Sequence record: DRR723986_9353
Length of the DNA: 34,632 nt
Direction: 5' to 3' (one strand)
The notes under the pieces are model-generated. The model worked only from the letters and a program-made list of their open reading frames with translations. It had not been told where the DNA came from and did not search any database. Of the stretch, positions 17,188 to 27,074 are shown in pieces (position 1 is the stretch's first letter; the number at the start of each line of letters is the position of its first letter). The translations under genes were made by a program, and so were the position numbers.

Positions 17188-17748
17188 CTACGCGGCGCTG
17201 GTCTTGTCCGCCTTAAACGGCATTCCGAACATCTCTAGCAAAGCCAACGCGTCGCCATTGCTGGTCGCAGTTGTGCAGACGGTGATGTTCATGCCCTGAG
17301 GGCGAGTGTACTTGTCTGGGTTCAACTCGGGGAAAACCAATTGCTCAGTCAGGCTCAAGCTGTAGTTGCCATTTCCGTCGAAGGCCTTGCGGCTAATTCC
17401 ACGAAAGTCACGAACCCGCGGCAAAACGATGCTGACGAGTCGATCAAGGAACTCGTACATGCGTTGGCGGCGAAGGGTGACCTTGCAGCCAATCGCCATG
17501 CCTTCGCGGAGCTTAAAGCCAGCGATCGACTTGCGAGCCAGCGTCTGCACGGGCTTTTGTCCAGCAATCTCAGTCAAAGCTGAGTAGGCTAGCTCAAGAT
17601 TCTTCTTGTCCGCGATTGCCGAACCAACACCCATGTTGATCACAATCTTGGTCAGACGAGGCACTGCCATTGGGTTCTTGATACCCAACTGATCAGCGAT
17701 CGCCGCGCGAATCTCGTTTTCGTATTTTTCTTGAAGGCGTGGGACCAT
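17188..17748 (-). CDS. rplE: 50S ribosomal protein uL5
   Basis: [29 protein letters not shown] and FDGNGNY motifs. Confidence 0.99.
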   Translation of the reverse strand: MVPRLQEKYENEIRAAIADQLGIKNPMAVPRLTKIVINMGVGSAIADKKNLELAYSALTEIAGQKPVQTLARKSIAGFKLREGMAIGCKVTLRRQRMYEFLDRLVSIVLPRVRDFRGISRKAFDGNGNYSLSLTEQLVFPELNPDKYTRPQGMNITVCTTATSNGDALALLEMFGMPFKADKTSAA

Positions 17749-17808
17749 CGACTCTGGATCCTACTTTGCAATTACGGTGTGTACGGTTTGTTCGGTGATG
17801 CAGGCAAA

Positions 17809-18156
17809 CTAGCCAGTTGCATACTTCTTCTTGGCTGGTGCGATGACGCCAAGCGATGCTCCGCTCTTCTTGGCGAAACGCTCCTTGGACCCATCGGCCA
17901 GGTACCGGACGCCAACTCGAGTTCGGTTACCCGTCTCTGGACAAATCAGCATCACGTTGCTTGCACTAATCGGCATCTCTTTGCTCAGCCGTCCACCCTG
18001 TGGGTTCTTGCTGCTCCGCCGAACGTGCTTGTAAGCCTTGTTGATTCCCTCGATGATCACGCGGTTCTTTTCGCGATCCACCTTCAGGACTTTCCCTCGT
18101 GAGCCCTTTTCGACTCCTCGGATGACGATGACTTCGTCTTCTTCTCGAATCAACAT
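17809..18156 (-). CDS. rplX: 50S ribosomal protein uL24
   Basis: KOW motif DEVIVIRGVEKGSRGKV and EMPISASNVML. Confidence 0.97.
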   Translation of the reverse strand: MLIREEDEVIVIRGVEKGSRGKVLKVDREKNRVIIEGINKAYKHVRRSSKNPQGGRLSKEMPISASNVMLICPETGNRTRVGVRYLADGSKERFAKKSGASLGVIAPAKKKYATG

Positions 18157-18244
18157 TTTGTTACCTCAATAAGCCTAGCGGCGCGGTTCATTCTGTTCGG
18201 TCAGCTTCAAATCACGGTGAGGAATGCCTCAGGTGCAAGCTAAA

Positions 18245-18613
18245 TCAAACGACCTCATTTGCCAGACTAACAATCTTCATGAATCGGCGTTCGCGAAGCT
18301 CTCGAGCTACCGCACCAAAGATCCGCGTTCCGCGAGGGTTGGCGTCTTTATCAATGATGACTACCGCGTTGCTGTCAAAGCGGATGTAGCTGCCGTCGGG
18401 ACGTCGTGTTGGCTGCTTGCAACGAACAACAACGGCACGAACGATGGACTTCTTCTTTACCTCAGATCCGGCCTGTACAGCCTTTACTGAGCAAATGATC
18501 ACGTCGCCAAGCCCGGCGTAACGCCGACGACTTCCGCCAAGCACCTTAATGCACATGACTTCTTTCGCACCGCTATTGTCAGCGACAGCCAGTCGAGTCT
18601 CTTGCTGAATCAT
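18245..18613 (-). CDS. rplN: 50S ribosomal protein uL14
   Basis: [24 protein letters not shown] and [13 protein letters not shown] motifs. Confidence 0.99.
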   Translation of the reverse strand: MIQQETRLAVADNSGAKEVMCIKVLGGSRRRYAGLGDVIICSVKAVQAGSEVKKKSIVRAVVVRCKQPTRRPDGSYIRFDSNAVVIIDKDANPRGTRIFGAVARELRERRFMKIVSLANEVV

Positions 18614-18671
18614 GATCGAAAATCTTGGAAAAAATTTGTACGTTTACTACCGCGGGCGCTGGGCATGATGC

Positions 18672-19049
18672 CTAGCCTTCACCGCCCTCAGCCTGTTCTG
18701 AACCTTCGCCGCTCTGTTCTTCGGCACCGGTCAGATCTTGTAGGGTTTCTGATTGTTCGTCAGTCTGAGCACGTCGAGCGGCACGCAGTGCTGCCAAGTC
18801 GACCTCTTTGCTCTTTTCAACAACGCGTACCAGAGTCCATCGCTTCAGCCGGCTCAAAGGTCGACTTTCGCGGATTTCGACGGTGTCCCCACTGGCCGAC
18901 TCGTTTTCCTCGTCATGCACGTGGCACACTGTGCGTCGCTTGACGAACTTGCCGTACTTCGGGTGCTTGACGATTCGAGCGATTTCTACTCGGCGTGTCT
19001 TGGAGCACTTGTCGCTGGTGACGACACCAATTTCAACTCTGGCTGGCAT
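18672..19049 (-). CDS. rpsQ: 30S ribosomal protein uS17 with acidic C-terminal extension
   Basis: [22 protein letters not shown] and [18 protein letters not shown] motifs. Confidence 0.98.
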   Translation of the reverse strand: MPARVEIGVVTSDKCSKTRRVEIARIVKHPKYGKFVKRRTVCHVHDEENESASGDTVEIRESRPLSRLKRWTLVRVVEKSKEVDLAALRAARRAQTDEQSETLQDLTGAEEQSGEGSEQAEGGEG

Positions 19050-19076
19050 TTCTAACTCAACAACAAATCAGGTGTA

Positions 19077-19280
19077 TTAGGATGCAGCTGCTTTGGCAGC
19101 TCGCTCGGACTGGAGCGTCTTCACTCGGGCAATCACTTGGCGATTGCGGCGAATTTCCGAGGGTGAATCAAGCTTCTCCGTCTGAGCCTGGACTCGCAGG
19201 CGGAAGAGCTGGGTAGCTGCATCCTTCGCGGTCAGCTCAAGCTGCTCGTCGCTCATCTCTCGAAGTTCACTAATCTTCAT
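19077..19280 (-). CDS. rpmC: 50S ribosomal protein uL29
   Basis: MKISELREMS...LFRLRVQ...IARVKT, located between rplP and rpsQ. Confidence 0.95.
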   Translation of the reverse strand: MKISELREMSDEQLELTAKDAATQLFRLRVQAQTEKLDSPSEIRRNRQVIARVKTLQSERAAKAAAS

Positions 19281-19355
19281 CTCAAACTCGCAATTCAACG
19301 TTTCTGGTGAGAGCCAACATCAGTTGGTCTCGCTGGTGGGAGCATCGCGCCAAAA

Positions 19356-20433
<1,078 letters not shown>

Positions 20434-20485
20434 AACACAAACTCACTTGTTCGTTGGAAGCCGATCTGTGGTCGACTCGTGCAAC

Positions 20486-20842
20486 CTATACTTCGTCGAT
20501 TGATTCCAGTTCGACACTAATGTGTGCGGTGCGACGAAGAATGCCGTAAGCCATCCCTCGAGCTCGCGGACGAATCCGCTTGAACATCGGACCACCATCA
20601 ACTCGGGCGTCAACCACAACCAAACGCTCTGGGTTGAGTGACTGACCACGGTTTTGATCTGGATCCTGTGCGTTTCCGACAGCACTTCGCAGAACCTTTT
20701 CCAGCATTCTCGCACCCCGGTGCGGCTGAAACTTCAACAGGTCCAGTGCTTCATCGGCGAACTTGCCTCGAACGAGATCTGCCAAAGGGCGGACCTTTCG
20801 AGCGCTGATGCGTGCGTACTTGTGTGAGGCTTTAAACGCCAT
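20486..20842 (-). CDS. rplV: 50S ribosomal protein uL22
   Basis: ARISARKVR and VDGGPMFKRIRPRARGMA motifs. Start set at ATG 20842. Confidence 0.98.
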   Translation of the reverse strand: MAFKASHKYARISARKVRPLADLVRGKFADEALDLLKFQPHRGARMLEKVLRSAVGNAQDPDQNRGQSLNPERLVVVDARVDGGPMFKRIRPRARGMAYGILRRTAHISVELESIDEV

Positions 20843-20889
20843 TGCTGTAACCTTCAAACCACCGATTCAACAAACCAAACGCCGGTGAA

Positions 20890-21159
20890 CTATTTCTTGC
20901 CCTTGCCAGTGTGGCCGCGGAACGTTCTCGTCGGAGCAAACTCGCCGAGTTTGTGTCCAACCATGTCTTCGGTGACAAGCACTTTCAGGTGCTGTCGACC
21001 GTTGTGAACCATGAATGTCACGCCGACGAACTCCGGCACGATGGTGCACCGACGGGCCCACGTAGTGATCGGTTCGTGCGAGCCTGCTTCCTGCGCCTTG
21101 ACAACTTTGCCATAAAGCCGCGGGTCAACAAATGGCCCTTTTTTGGTCGAACGTCCCAT
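20890..21159 (-). CDS. rpsS: 30S ribosomal protein uS19
   Basis: [14 protein letters not shown] and [13 protein letters not shown] motifs. Confidence 0.99.
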   Translation of the reverse strand: MGRSTKKGPFVDPRLYGKVVKAQEAGSHEPITTWARRCTIVPEFVGVTFMVHNGRQHLKVLVTEDMVGHKLGEFAPTRTFRGHTGKGKK

Positions 21160-21225
21160 GCCTTAGCTCTGCAAAAAACTTCAATAAATGTGTCGTGTAA
21201 AATTCGCTTGTCGCAACCTGCCGAA

Positions 21226-22083
21226 CTACTTCAGGCTCAGTTGGCCGTATCGCTTGCTGCGGCGGCGACGAATGATCGCCGAGTTGGATGGCTTACGTCG
21301 AGCACGTGTTGAACCACCCTTGGTTGGACGACCTTGTGGTGTCACTGGGTGACGACCACCCTTCGTCCTACCTTCACCACCACCGTGTGGGTGATCCACT
21401 GGGTTCATCGCAGTACCACGAACGTGTGGACGACGGCCAAGCCAACGCGAACGTCCGGCTTTACCCAATACAACCGCCCCGTGATCGGGATTGCTCGCCT
21501 TACCAATCGTTGCCCGGCAGTTGCCTGGAACACGGCGAATTTCGCCACTTGGCAATTGCAACTGAGCCCAATCGGCCTCTCGAGCCATCAATGTTGCTAG
21601 TGTACCTGCACTTCGGCAAAGTACTCCACCGCGTCCCGGCTGCAACTCGATGCAAAAAACTTCTGTTCCCGCAGGCATCTTGCTAAGCGGCAGGCAATTG
21701 CCAAGCTTCGCAGGAGCGTCAGGTCCGCTGTGAACCGAATCGCCAGCTTTCAGGCCATCGGGAGCAACAATGTATCGCTTTTCACCGTCGGCGTAGACAA
21801 GCAGTGCAATACGACTGGATCTGTTTGGGTCGTACTGGATCGAATCAACCTTCGCAGGGATCCCATCCTTGTTCCGCTTGAAGTCAATCACACGGTACTG
21901 CTGCTTGTGCCCACCACCACGATGTCGTGAGGTGATCTTGCCCTGATTGTTTCGTCCGCCCTTCTTCTTCTTAGGACGCAGTAGGGACTTCTCCGGCTTC
22001 GCACCTGGCGTAAGCTCTTTGAAGTCACATACCGACGCATTGCGGCGACCTGCTGAAGTTGGCTTGTATTTGCGAATTCCCAT
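21226..22083 (-). CDS. rplB: 50S ribosomal protein uL2
   Basis: [16 protein letters not shown] and [17 protein letters not shown] motifs. Confidence 0.99.
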   Translation of the reverse strand: MGIRKYKPTSAGRRNASVCDFKELTPGAKPEKSLLRPKKKKGGRNNQGKITSRHRGGGHKQQYRVIDFKRNKDGIPAKVDSIQYDPNRSSRIALLVYADGEKRYIVAPDGLKAGDSVHSGPDAPAKLGNCLPLSKMPAGTEVFCIELQPGRGGVLCRSAGTLATLMAREADWAQLQLPSGEIRRVPGNCRATIGKASNPDHGAVVLGKAGRSRWLGRRPHVRGTAMNPVDHPHGGGEGRTKGGRHPVTPQGRPTKGGSTRARRKPSNSAIIRRRRSKRYGQLSLK

Positions 22084-22161
22084 TACTACCTACCTGAAGG
22101 CTACTCGCCGGATTCTGATTCTCAGGGGATCTTGCTGCTGTCTTCCACCGCTGGTCGCGGC

Positions 22162-22473
22162 TTAGAAGAAGTCGATTCGGTGTTCCGAATTCAGCTTCAC
22201 GACAGCCTTCTTCCAGTTCGTTGTCACGCCAGCGCGATTACGGTATCGACGTGTTTTCCCGCGACGGTTCTGTGTCATTACTTTGTCGACGACGACTTCG
22301 AACAACTCTTCAACCGCTCTACGAACATCGGTCTTCGTTGCTTGCGGGTGAATCTCGAAAGCGTAGTGGTTGTTTCGAGCCGCTCGGTGAACACCCTTTT
22401 CGGTGACAAGCGGACGAATGATCACTTGGTGAGGCTCGAGACTCAAGCCCTTCTTCTTTTCTGTGGTCGACAT
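22162..22473 (-). CDS. rplW: 50S ribosomal protein uL23
   Basis: IIRPLVTEK, ATKTDVRRAVEELF and WKKAVV motifs. Confidence 0.98.
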   Translation of the reverse strand: MSTTEKKKGLSLEPHQVIIRPLVTEKGVHRAARNNHYAFEIHPQATKTDVRRAVEELFEVVVDKVMTQNRRGKTRRYRNRAGVTTNWKKAVVKLNSEHRIDFF

Positions 22474-22525
22474 TTTGCGTTACTCTGTGCAGGCGAACGG
22501 TTGCTTCGCGTTTCCTGTCCAAGCC

Positions 22526-23155
22526 CTAGGCTGCGGACGCTTCTTTGATCTTCTCAACGGCACTCTGTGTCAGCAGCATTCGCTTTGGACGCAGAACGGC
22601 AAGTGTGTTCAGGTCAGCTACCCGAGTGACTTCTACACCAGGAATGTTATTGGCACTCTTCAGCACATTCGGCGAGTAGTCGTCGAGGGCAACCAAAGTG
22701 GTGACACCTTCAAGCCCAAGGGCCTTCAGGACTGCCGCCAGATCTTTTGTCTTCGGGGCATCCATTGCCAAGTCGTTGATCACAACAACTTCCGAATCAG
22801 CAAACTTGGACGCAATGGCCATGCGCGTTGCAGACCGAACCGCCTTCTTTGGAAGACGGAAGTAGTACGACCGAGGCCGCTTCTGCATCGCGTGCCCACC
22901 ACCACGTCGGTGAGGAGTCCGGCGACTACCAACCCGAGCGTTGCCCGTACCCTTCTGGCGGTACAACTTGCGAGTCGAACCAGCAACTTCACCACGAGAC
23001 TTCGTCTTGTGAGTGCCCTGACGCTTGTTGGCCAAGTACATAACGACAGCGTCGTGCATCAACTGCTTGTTGATCTTTGGTGCGATCTGACTTGGGTCGA
23101 CATCAATCTTGCCAACCTCAGATCCGCTTCGGTCATATACTGGAAAAGTAGCCAT
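22526..23155 (-). CDS. rplD: 50S ribosomal protein uL4
   Basis: [22 protein letters not shown] and SANNIPGV motifs. Start may be 23155 or 23164. Confidence 0.98.
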   Translation of the reverse strand: MATFPVYDRSGSEVGKIDVDPSQIAPKINKQLMHDAVVMYLANKRQGTHKTKSRGEVAGSTRKLYRQKGTGNARVGSRRTPHRRGGGHAMQKRPRSYYFRLPKKAVRSATRMAIASKFADSEVVVINDLAMDAPKTKDLAAVLKALGLEGVTTLVALDDYSPNVLKSANNIPGVEVTRVADLNTLAVLRPKRMLLTQSAVEKIKEASAA

Positions 23156-23209
23156 CACAAACACTCTATCTGTATTGGGAAAAGCCGATACACCCTGGAG
23201 CCAACAGGC

Positions 23210-23896
23210 TTAACCAACCTTGTTTGTTTCTCGTACGACAACGAAACCACCGCATGGCCCGGGGACAGCCCCACGTACCAACAGCAAGTTGTTTTCGGTG
23301 TCTACCTTTGCAACCTTCAGGTTGCGTACTGTCTTCTTTTTACCACCATAACGTCCGGACATCTTCTGCCCCTTGAACGTACGGCCAGGATAAGTAGCCA
23401 TGCTGGTACCACCGGCGTGACGGTGACACTTCTTCACACCGTGCGTAGCACGCTGGCCACTAAAGTTGTGCCTCTTCATGACACCGGCAAAACCACGGCC
23501 TTTGCTCGTGCCGGTCACGTCGACTGCCTCGATACCCTCCAGGGTAGATGCAGTTACCTCAGAACCGACTTCAGCTTCAGTAGAGCCACGAAGCTCGCGA
23601 ACGAAACGCTGCGGCTCACAATCGGGCTTGGCCTGGGCTTCGACACCCGCAGAAGCAAGCCGCTTGGACCGCTTACTACTGATCGGGCCAACTTGCCCAC
23701 GCTCGGAACGAGCTGAAAGACGTCGCGGCTTATCAAGGAAGCCGAGCTGAGTTGCTTCGTAACCATCACGCTCAACGGTCTTAACCTGCAGGACACGGCA
23801 TGGCCCAACCTCCAGGACTGTCACGGGTACAACCGTGCCGTCTTCCTGGAAAATCTGCGTAGACCCGATCTTTCGACCGAGAATTCCCTTAGTCAT
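23210..23896 (-). CDS. rplC: 50S ribosomal protein uL3
   Basis: [37 protein letters not shown] and VRGAVPG motifs. Confidence 0.99.
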   Translation of the reverse strand: MTKGILGRKIGSTQIFQEDGTVVPVTVLEVGPCRVLQVKTVERDGYEATQLGFLDKPRRLSARSERGQVGPISSKRSKRLASAGVEAQAKPDCEPQRFVRELRGSTEAEVGSEVTASTLEGIEAVDVTGTSKGRGFAGVMKRHNFSGQRATHGVKKCHRHAGGTSMATYPGRTFKGQKMSGRYGGKKKTVRNLKVAKVDTENNLLLVRGAVPGPCGGFVVVRETNKVG

Positions 23897-24022
23897 CTCT
23901 GCTATTCCCGTTAAACGCTTGCCAGCGGGGATGCGCCAAAACGCATTACCCAGCTAACTTCCGTACCATAAAGTTGAACTCAAGCCTGAAGGGCAAACAC
24001 ACTTCGATAAAGCTGCAGTGCT

Positions 24023-24349
24023 CTACCGGGCATTTGCCTTAATTTTGATGTCCACACCAGCGGGCAAGCTCAACTTGTTGAGCGCCTCGATGGTCTTGGC
24101 GGTTGCCTGACGAATGTCGATCAGCCGCTTGTGAGTCCGAATCTCGAACTGCTGGCGAGCCTTCTTGTCGACGTGCGGCCCAGAGAGAACTGTGTACCGT
24201 TCGATTCGGGTTGGCAATGGAATTGGACCATGCACTTCCGAATGCGTGCGCTTCGCAGTATCCACGATCTCAAGAGCACTCTGGTCTAGGACCGAGTGAT
24301 CGTAAGCCTCCATACGGATGCGAATGACTTCGTGTGAACCTGCCGACAC
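24023..24349 (-). CDS. rpsJ: 30S ribosomal protein uS10
   Basis: [28 protein letters not shown] and LPAGVDI motifs. GAGAGG SD precedes the GTG start. Confidence 0.99.
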   Translation of the reverse strand: MSAGSHEVIRIRMEAYDHSVLDQSALEIVDTAKRTHSEVHGPIPLPTRIERYTVLSGPHVDKKARQQFEIRTHKRLIDIRQATAKTIEALNKLSLPAGVDIKIKANAR

Positions 24350-24453
24350 GGTTAACCTCTCTTACACCTCAAAAACAACCTTTAAATCGCCTGGCCAAAA
24401 TAGCCAGCCAGCCCGCCGAGGCGATGCGTAACGGGACTTGCGTCCAGGCGAAG
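24350..24453 (-). promoter_or_regulatory. Structured 5' leader of the S10 operon (candidate cis-regulatory RNA)
   Basis: In mRNA orientation: a GGAC-GCAA-GUCC GNRA hairpin, and both UCGCCUGG and AUCGCCU complementary to CCAGGCGAU. A UGGCUA-UUU-UGGCCA hairpin is also possible. Confidence 0.5.
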
Positions 24454-24459
24454 GGGCAG

Positions 24460-24488
24460 AGTCTAAGAGTGGACTCTAGGACCGTCAA
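24460..24488 (-). promoter_or_regulatory. Sigma70-type promoter of the S10-spc operon
   Basis: Minus strand TTGACG-17 bp-TAGACT followed by a GC-rich discriminator (CTGCCCC), about 110 bp upstream of rpsJ. Confidence 0.75.
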
Positions 24489-24972
24489 CGGCAAATTAAC
24501 AAAGAGTCTTCAATTTCTGGCGTGGCCCGCAATTAATTGCTGGCGCACAGGAACGTCAGGTAACACAAGCTCCTCAGGAAGAGTTATCCGGTCCGGAGAG
24601 ATCTCTGGACCAGGAAAAATCCGCGGCCTGGCAAGAACTAGCGGCAACGAAAGACCAGCCTGGGCCGCACTAGTAAAGCCCTGCCGCAAACCATAAAGCT
24701 CACCACAGCGCTGCGCTCTTGCAAACACGAGCATGTCATGCGGGACGCGCAGGTATATCTCAGCAGTGAGCAACGAAAGTTGCCGAATCTTGCTTTTCCT
24801 TCAACGCGAAGAACAGGTCGCGTTGACAAAAGGGGCGGATGAGGCAAATTTGTGCGCTGGTCAAAATGTCAGCTTGCTAGATAATCTGTCCGCCGGCCGC
24901 TCTCCAAAGGGTGGACCGACAACTATTCGTCACATCACGCCGCCGCCTTCAGACGCACGGAACCCCGCTCCA

Positions 24973-25362
24973 ATGCTCATTTCCCCTTCCAACACCGTCC
25001 CAGGAATGACGTTCGAAGCTTTGCCTTCGGCTATGAATGTGGAGGCTGCCGCGACTGGTGCGATCGCCGTCCCGTCGACAGGTAGCTGGCAGAAAGCAAT
25101 TGATGATGACGATGAGCTGACGAGCGACGAGAACACCGACAGCGACGAAGCTGCCCCAGAGGACGGGCCAGCGACACCAGATGAAATTGTGCCCGTCGAA
25201 GAAGAAGAGGAAGACGATCCATTCGACGACTTCGATGATGATGATTTCGACGACGATTTTGACGACGACTTCGAGGAAGAGCTTGAGGACGACTATGAGA
25301 TCGTCCCCGATGACAGCGATCTTTTCCCTGAGCAAAAAGACGATTTGATGGAGGACGGGTAG
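24973..25362 (+). CDS. Hypothetical extremely acidic (D/E-rich) low-complexity protein
   Basis: Open frame 24733..25362. The C-terminal EEEEEDDPFDDFDDDDFDDDFDDDFEEELEDDYE uses mixed GAT/GAC codons. Start uncertain (24973, 25006 or 25033), and the upstream part of the ORF looks non-coding. Confidence 0.65.
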   Translation: MLISPSNTVPGMTFEALPSAMNVEAAATGAIAVPSTGSWQKAIDDDDELTSDENTDSDEAAPEDGPATPDEIVPVEEEEEDDPFDDFDDDDFDDDFDDDFEEELEDDYEIVPDDSDLFPEQKDDLMEDG

Positions 25363-25495
25363 GTCCAACTGTTCCAGCGACATATCCTTCTTTTAGCGTA
25401 GTCAAGTCCTTCTTCTAACGTGGTCGAGCCGGCGCTCGGGCATACACAGACTCAAGATCGGTCAACGAAAACCGCACTGGGAAGATATCACGATC

Positions 25496-26890
25496 ATGCA
25501 AACTCACGAACACGATCTAGTTGTGGTTGGTGGCGGTCCCGGCGGATACGTTGCTGCCATTCGGGCTGCTCAGCTAGGCTTCAATACCGCCTGCATCGAC
25601 GAAAACGAACAGCTCGGCGGAACATGCCTCCGCGTCGGCTGTATTCCCAGCAAGGCACTGCTTGAGTCAAGCCACTTGTACCACGTCGCTCAAGCTGAAA
25701 TGGACGAACATGGCGTTGAGGCAGAAGGCGTGAAGCTGGACCTGGCTAAAATGCTCGCACGCAAAGATAAAATCGTCGGGCAATTGACCGGCGGCGTGAG
25801 CATGCTGCTGAAGCGGAACAAGGTGACGGTATACCAAGGTCGAGGCCGGATGACGGGCGTCGACACATTGCAAGTTGCAACGCCGGAGGGCGACGTGCAG
25901 TTGCAAGCCAAGCACACGATCCTTGCAACCGGCAGTCGGCCAGCACCGATGAAGGGCATCGAGCAAGACGGTGTCCGCATCGGCGATAGCACGATGGCCC
26001 TGAATTTTGAGTCTGTCCCGAAGCGTCTGGTTGTCATCGGCGGTGGCTACATTGGTCTGGAACTAGGCAGCGTTTGGAGCCGCCTTGGCAGTGAAGTAAT
26101 TGTGCTGGAAGCAATGGAGCGCGTGCTGCCCGGGCTTGACCACGAAATTGGTCAATTGGCCGCCCGCGAATTCAAAAAGCAAGGGATTGAATTCCGAACA
26201 GGCTCATGGGTCGAAGGCGCGGTTGTCGAGGGCGACAAGTGTGTTGTGCGGTGCAAAGATGCCGAGCCGATTGAGTGCGATGCAGTTCTGCTCTCCACCG
26301 GAAGAGTGCCTTGTTCAGACGAGCTGGGACTTGAGTCAATCGGAATTGAAACCGACCGCCGCGGCTTTGTCCCAGTTGATGAGAACCTTCAAACTGCTGT
26401 TAAGGGCGTCTACGCAATTGGTGACCTGAACGGCGGAGCGATGCTCGCTCACAAAGCCAGCGAAGAAGGCATCGTTTGCGTCGAACGGATCAGTGGCATG
26501 AAGAGCCACGTTAACTACGACGCGATTCCTGCGATCGTTTACACGCACCCCGAAATCGCCTCGGTCGGAAAGACCGAAGAGCAGCTTAAGGAAGCGGGCG
26601 TCGAGTACATCAAAGGCATTTGCCCTTACGGCGCGAGTGGTCGAGCCCTTGCCCTAGGCGATACTTCCGGCCGCGTGAAAGTCTTGGCCGACGCAAAAAC
26701 AGATCGCGTCTTAGGGGTGCACATCATCGGCGCTCGTGCGGGCGACTTAATCGCAGAAGCGACTGCGGCAATGGAATTTGGCGCAACTAGCGAAGACATT
26801 GCCCGCTGCTGCCACGCTCATCCAACCCTTTCCGAATTGATGCACGAAGCAGCCATGGCAGTTGCCAAGCGTGCAATTCACACCGCGTAG
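25496..26890 (+). CDS. lpdA: Dihydrolipoyl dehydrogenase (E3)
   Basis: GGGPGGYVAAIRAAQLG, redox disulfide GGTCLRVGCIPSK, GGGYIGLE, YTHPE and C-terminal HAHPTLSE motifs. Confidence 0.97.
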   Translation: MQTHEHDLVVVGGGPGGYVAAIRAAQLGFNTACIDENEQLGGTCLRVGCIPSKALLESSHLYHVAQAEMDEHGVEAEGVKLDLAKMLARKDKIVGQLTGGVSMLLKRNKVTVYQGRGRMTGVDTLQVATPEGDVQLQAKHTILATGSRPAPMKGIEQDGVRIGDSTMALNFESVPKRLVVIGGGYIGLELGSVWSRLGSEVIVLEAMERVLPGLDHEIGQLAAREFKKQGIEFRTGSWVEGAVVEGDKCVVRCKDAEPIECDAVLLSTGRVPCSDELGLESIGIETDRRGFVPVDENLQTAVKGVYAIGDLNGGAMLAHKASEEGIVCVERISGMKSHVNYDAIPAIVYTHPEIASVGKTEEQLKEAGVEYIKGICPYGASGRALALGDTSGRVKVLADAKTDRVLGVHIIGARAGDLIAEATAAMEFGATSEDIARCCHAHPTLSELMHEAAMAVAKRAIHTA

Positions 26891-27074
26891 CAAACTGTCT
26901 AGCACACTGCTAGCAAACCGCCCAACTCCGAATCGCCTTCCCCAACAGTTACCGTCGGGCTGGTCGAGGACGTCGGCTGGGTGATGCAGTCGGCCGGGTG
27001 ATGGGAAATGATGCGGCAAATAAGCGGGTTCAAGGAATCAGTCGCGGCCAGCAAATCCGTTGCGACTAACGAGC

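Noticed and set aside
22463-23716. 417 aa plus-strand ORF antisense to rplD/rplC
   Set aside because: Shadow frame of highly biased r-protein codons, with no recognisable motifs. The same applies to 15798..16409, 14472..15191, 1244..1906 and 31006..31665.
24733-24972. N-terminal 80 codons of the acidic ORF, and TTGACA at 24823-24828 as a promoter
   Set aside because: The region looks intergenic. The perfect -35 has no convincing -10 at 16-18 bp (AAATTT/CAAATT), so I did not call it.
25220-25295. GAC/GAT trinucleotide run as a microsatellite or CRISPR-like array
   Set aside because: It is explained by poly-Asp coding with mixed codons and has no repeat-spacer structure.
26891-27074. Small ORF, ncRNA or terminator between convergent lpdA and Gfo/Idh/MocA
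   Set aside because: No convincing hairpin with a U-tract, tRNA fold or coding signal was seen.
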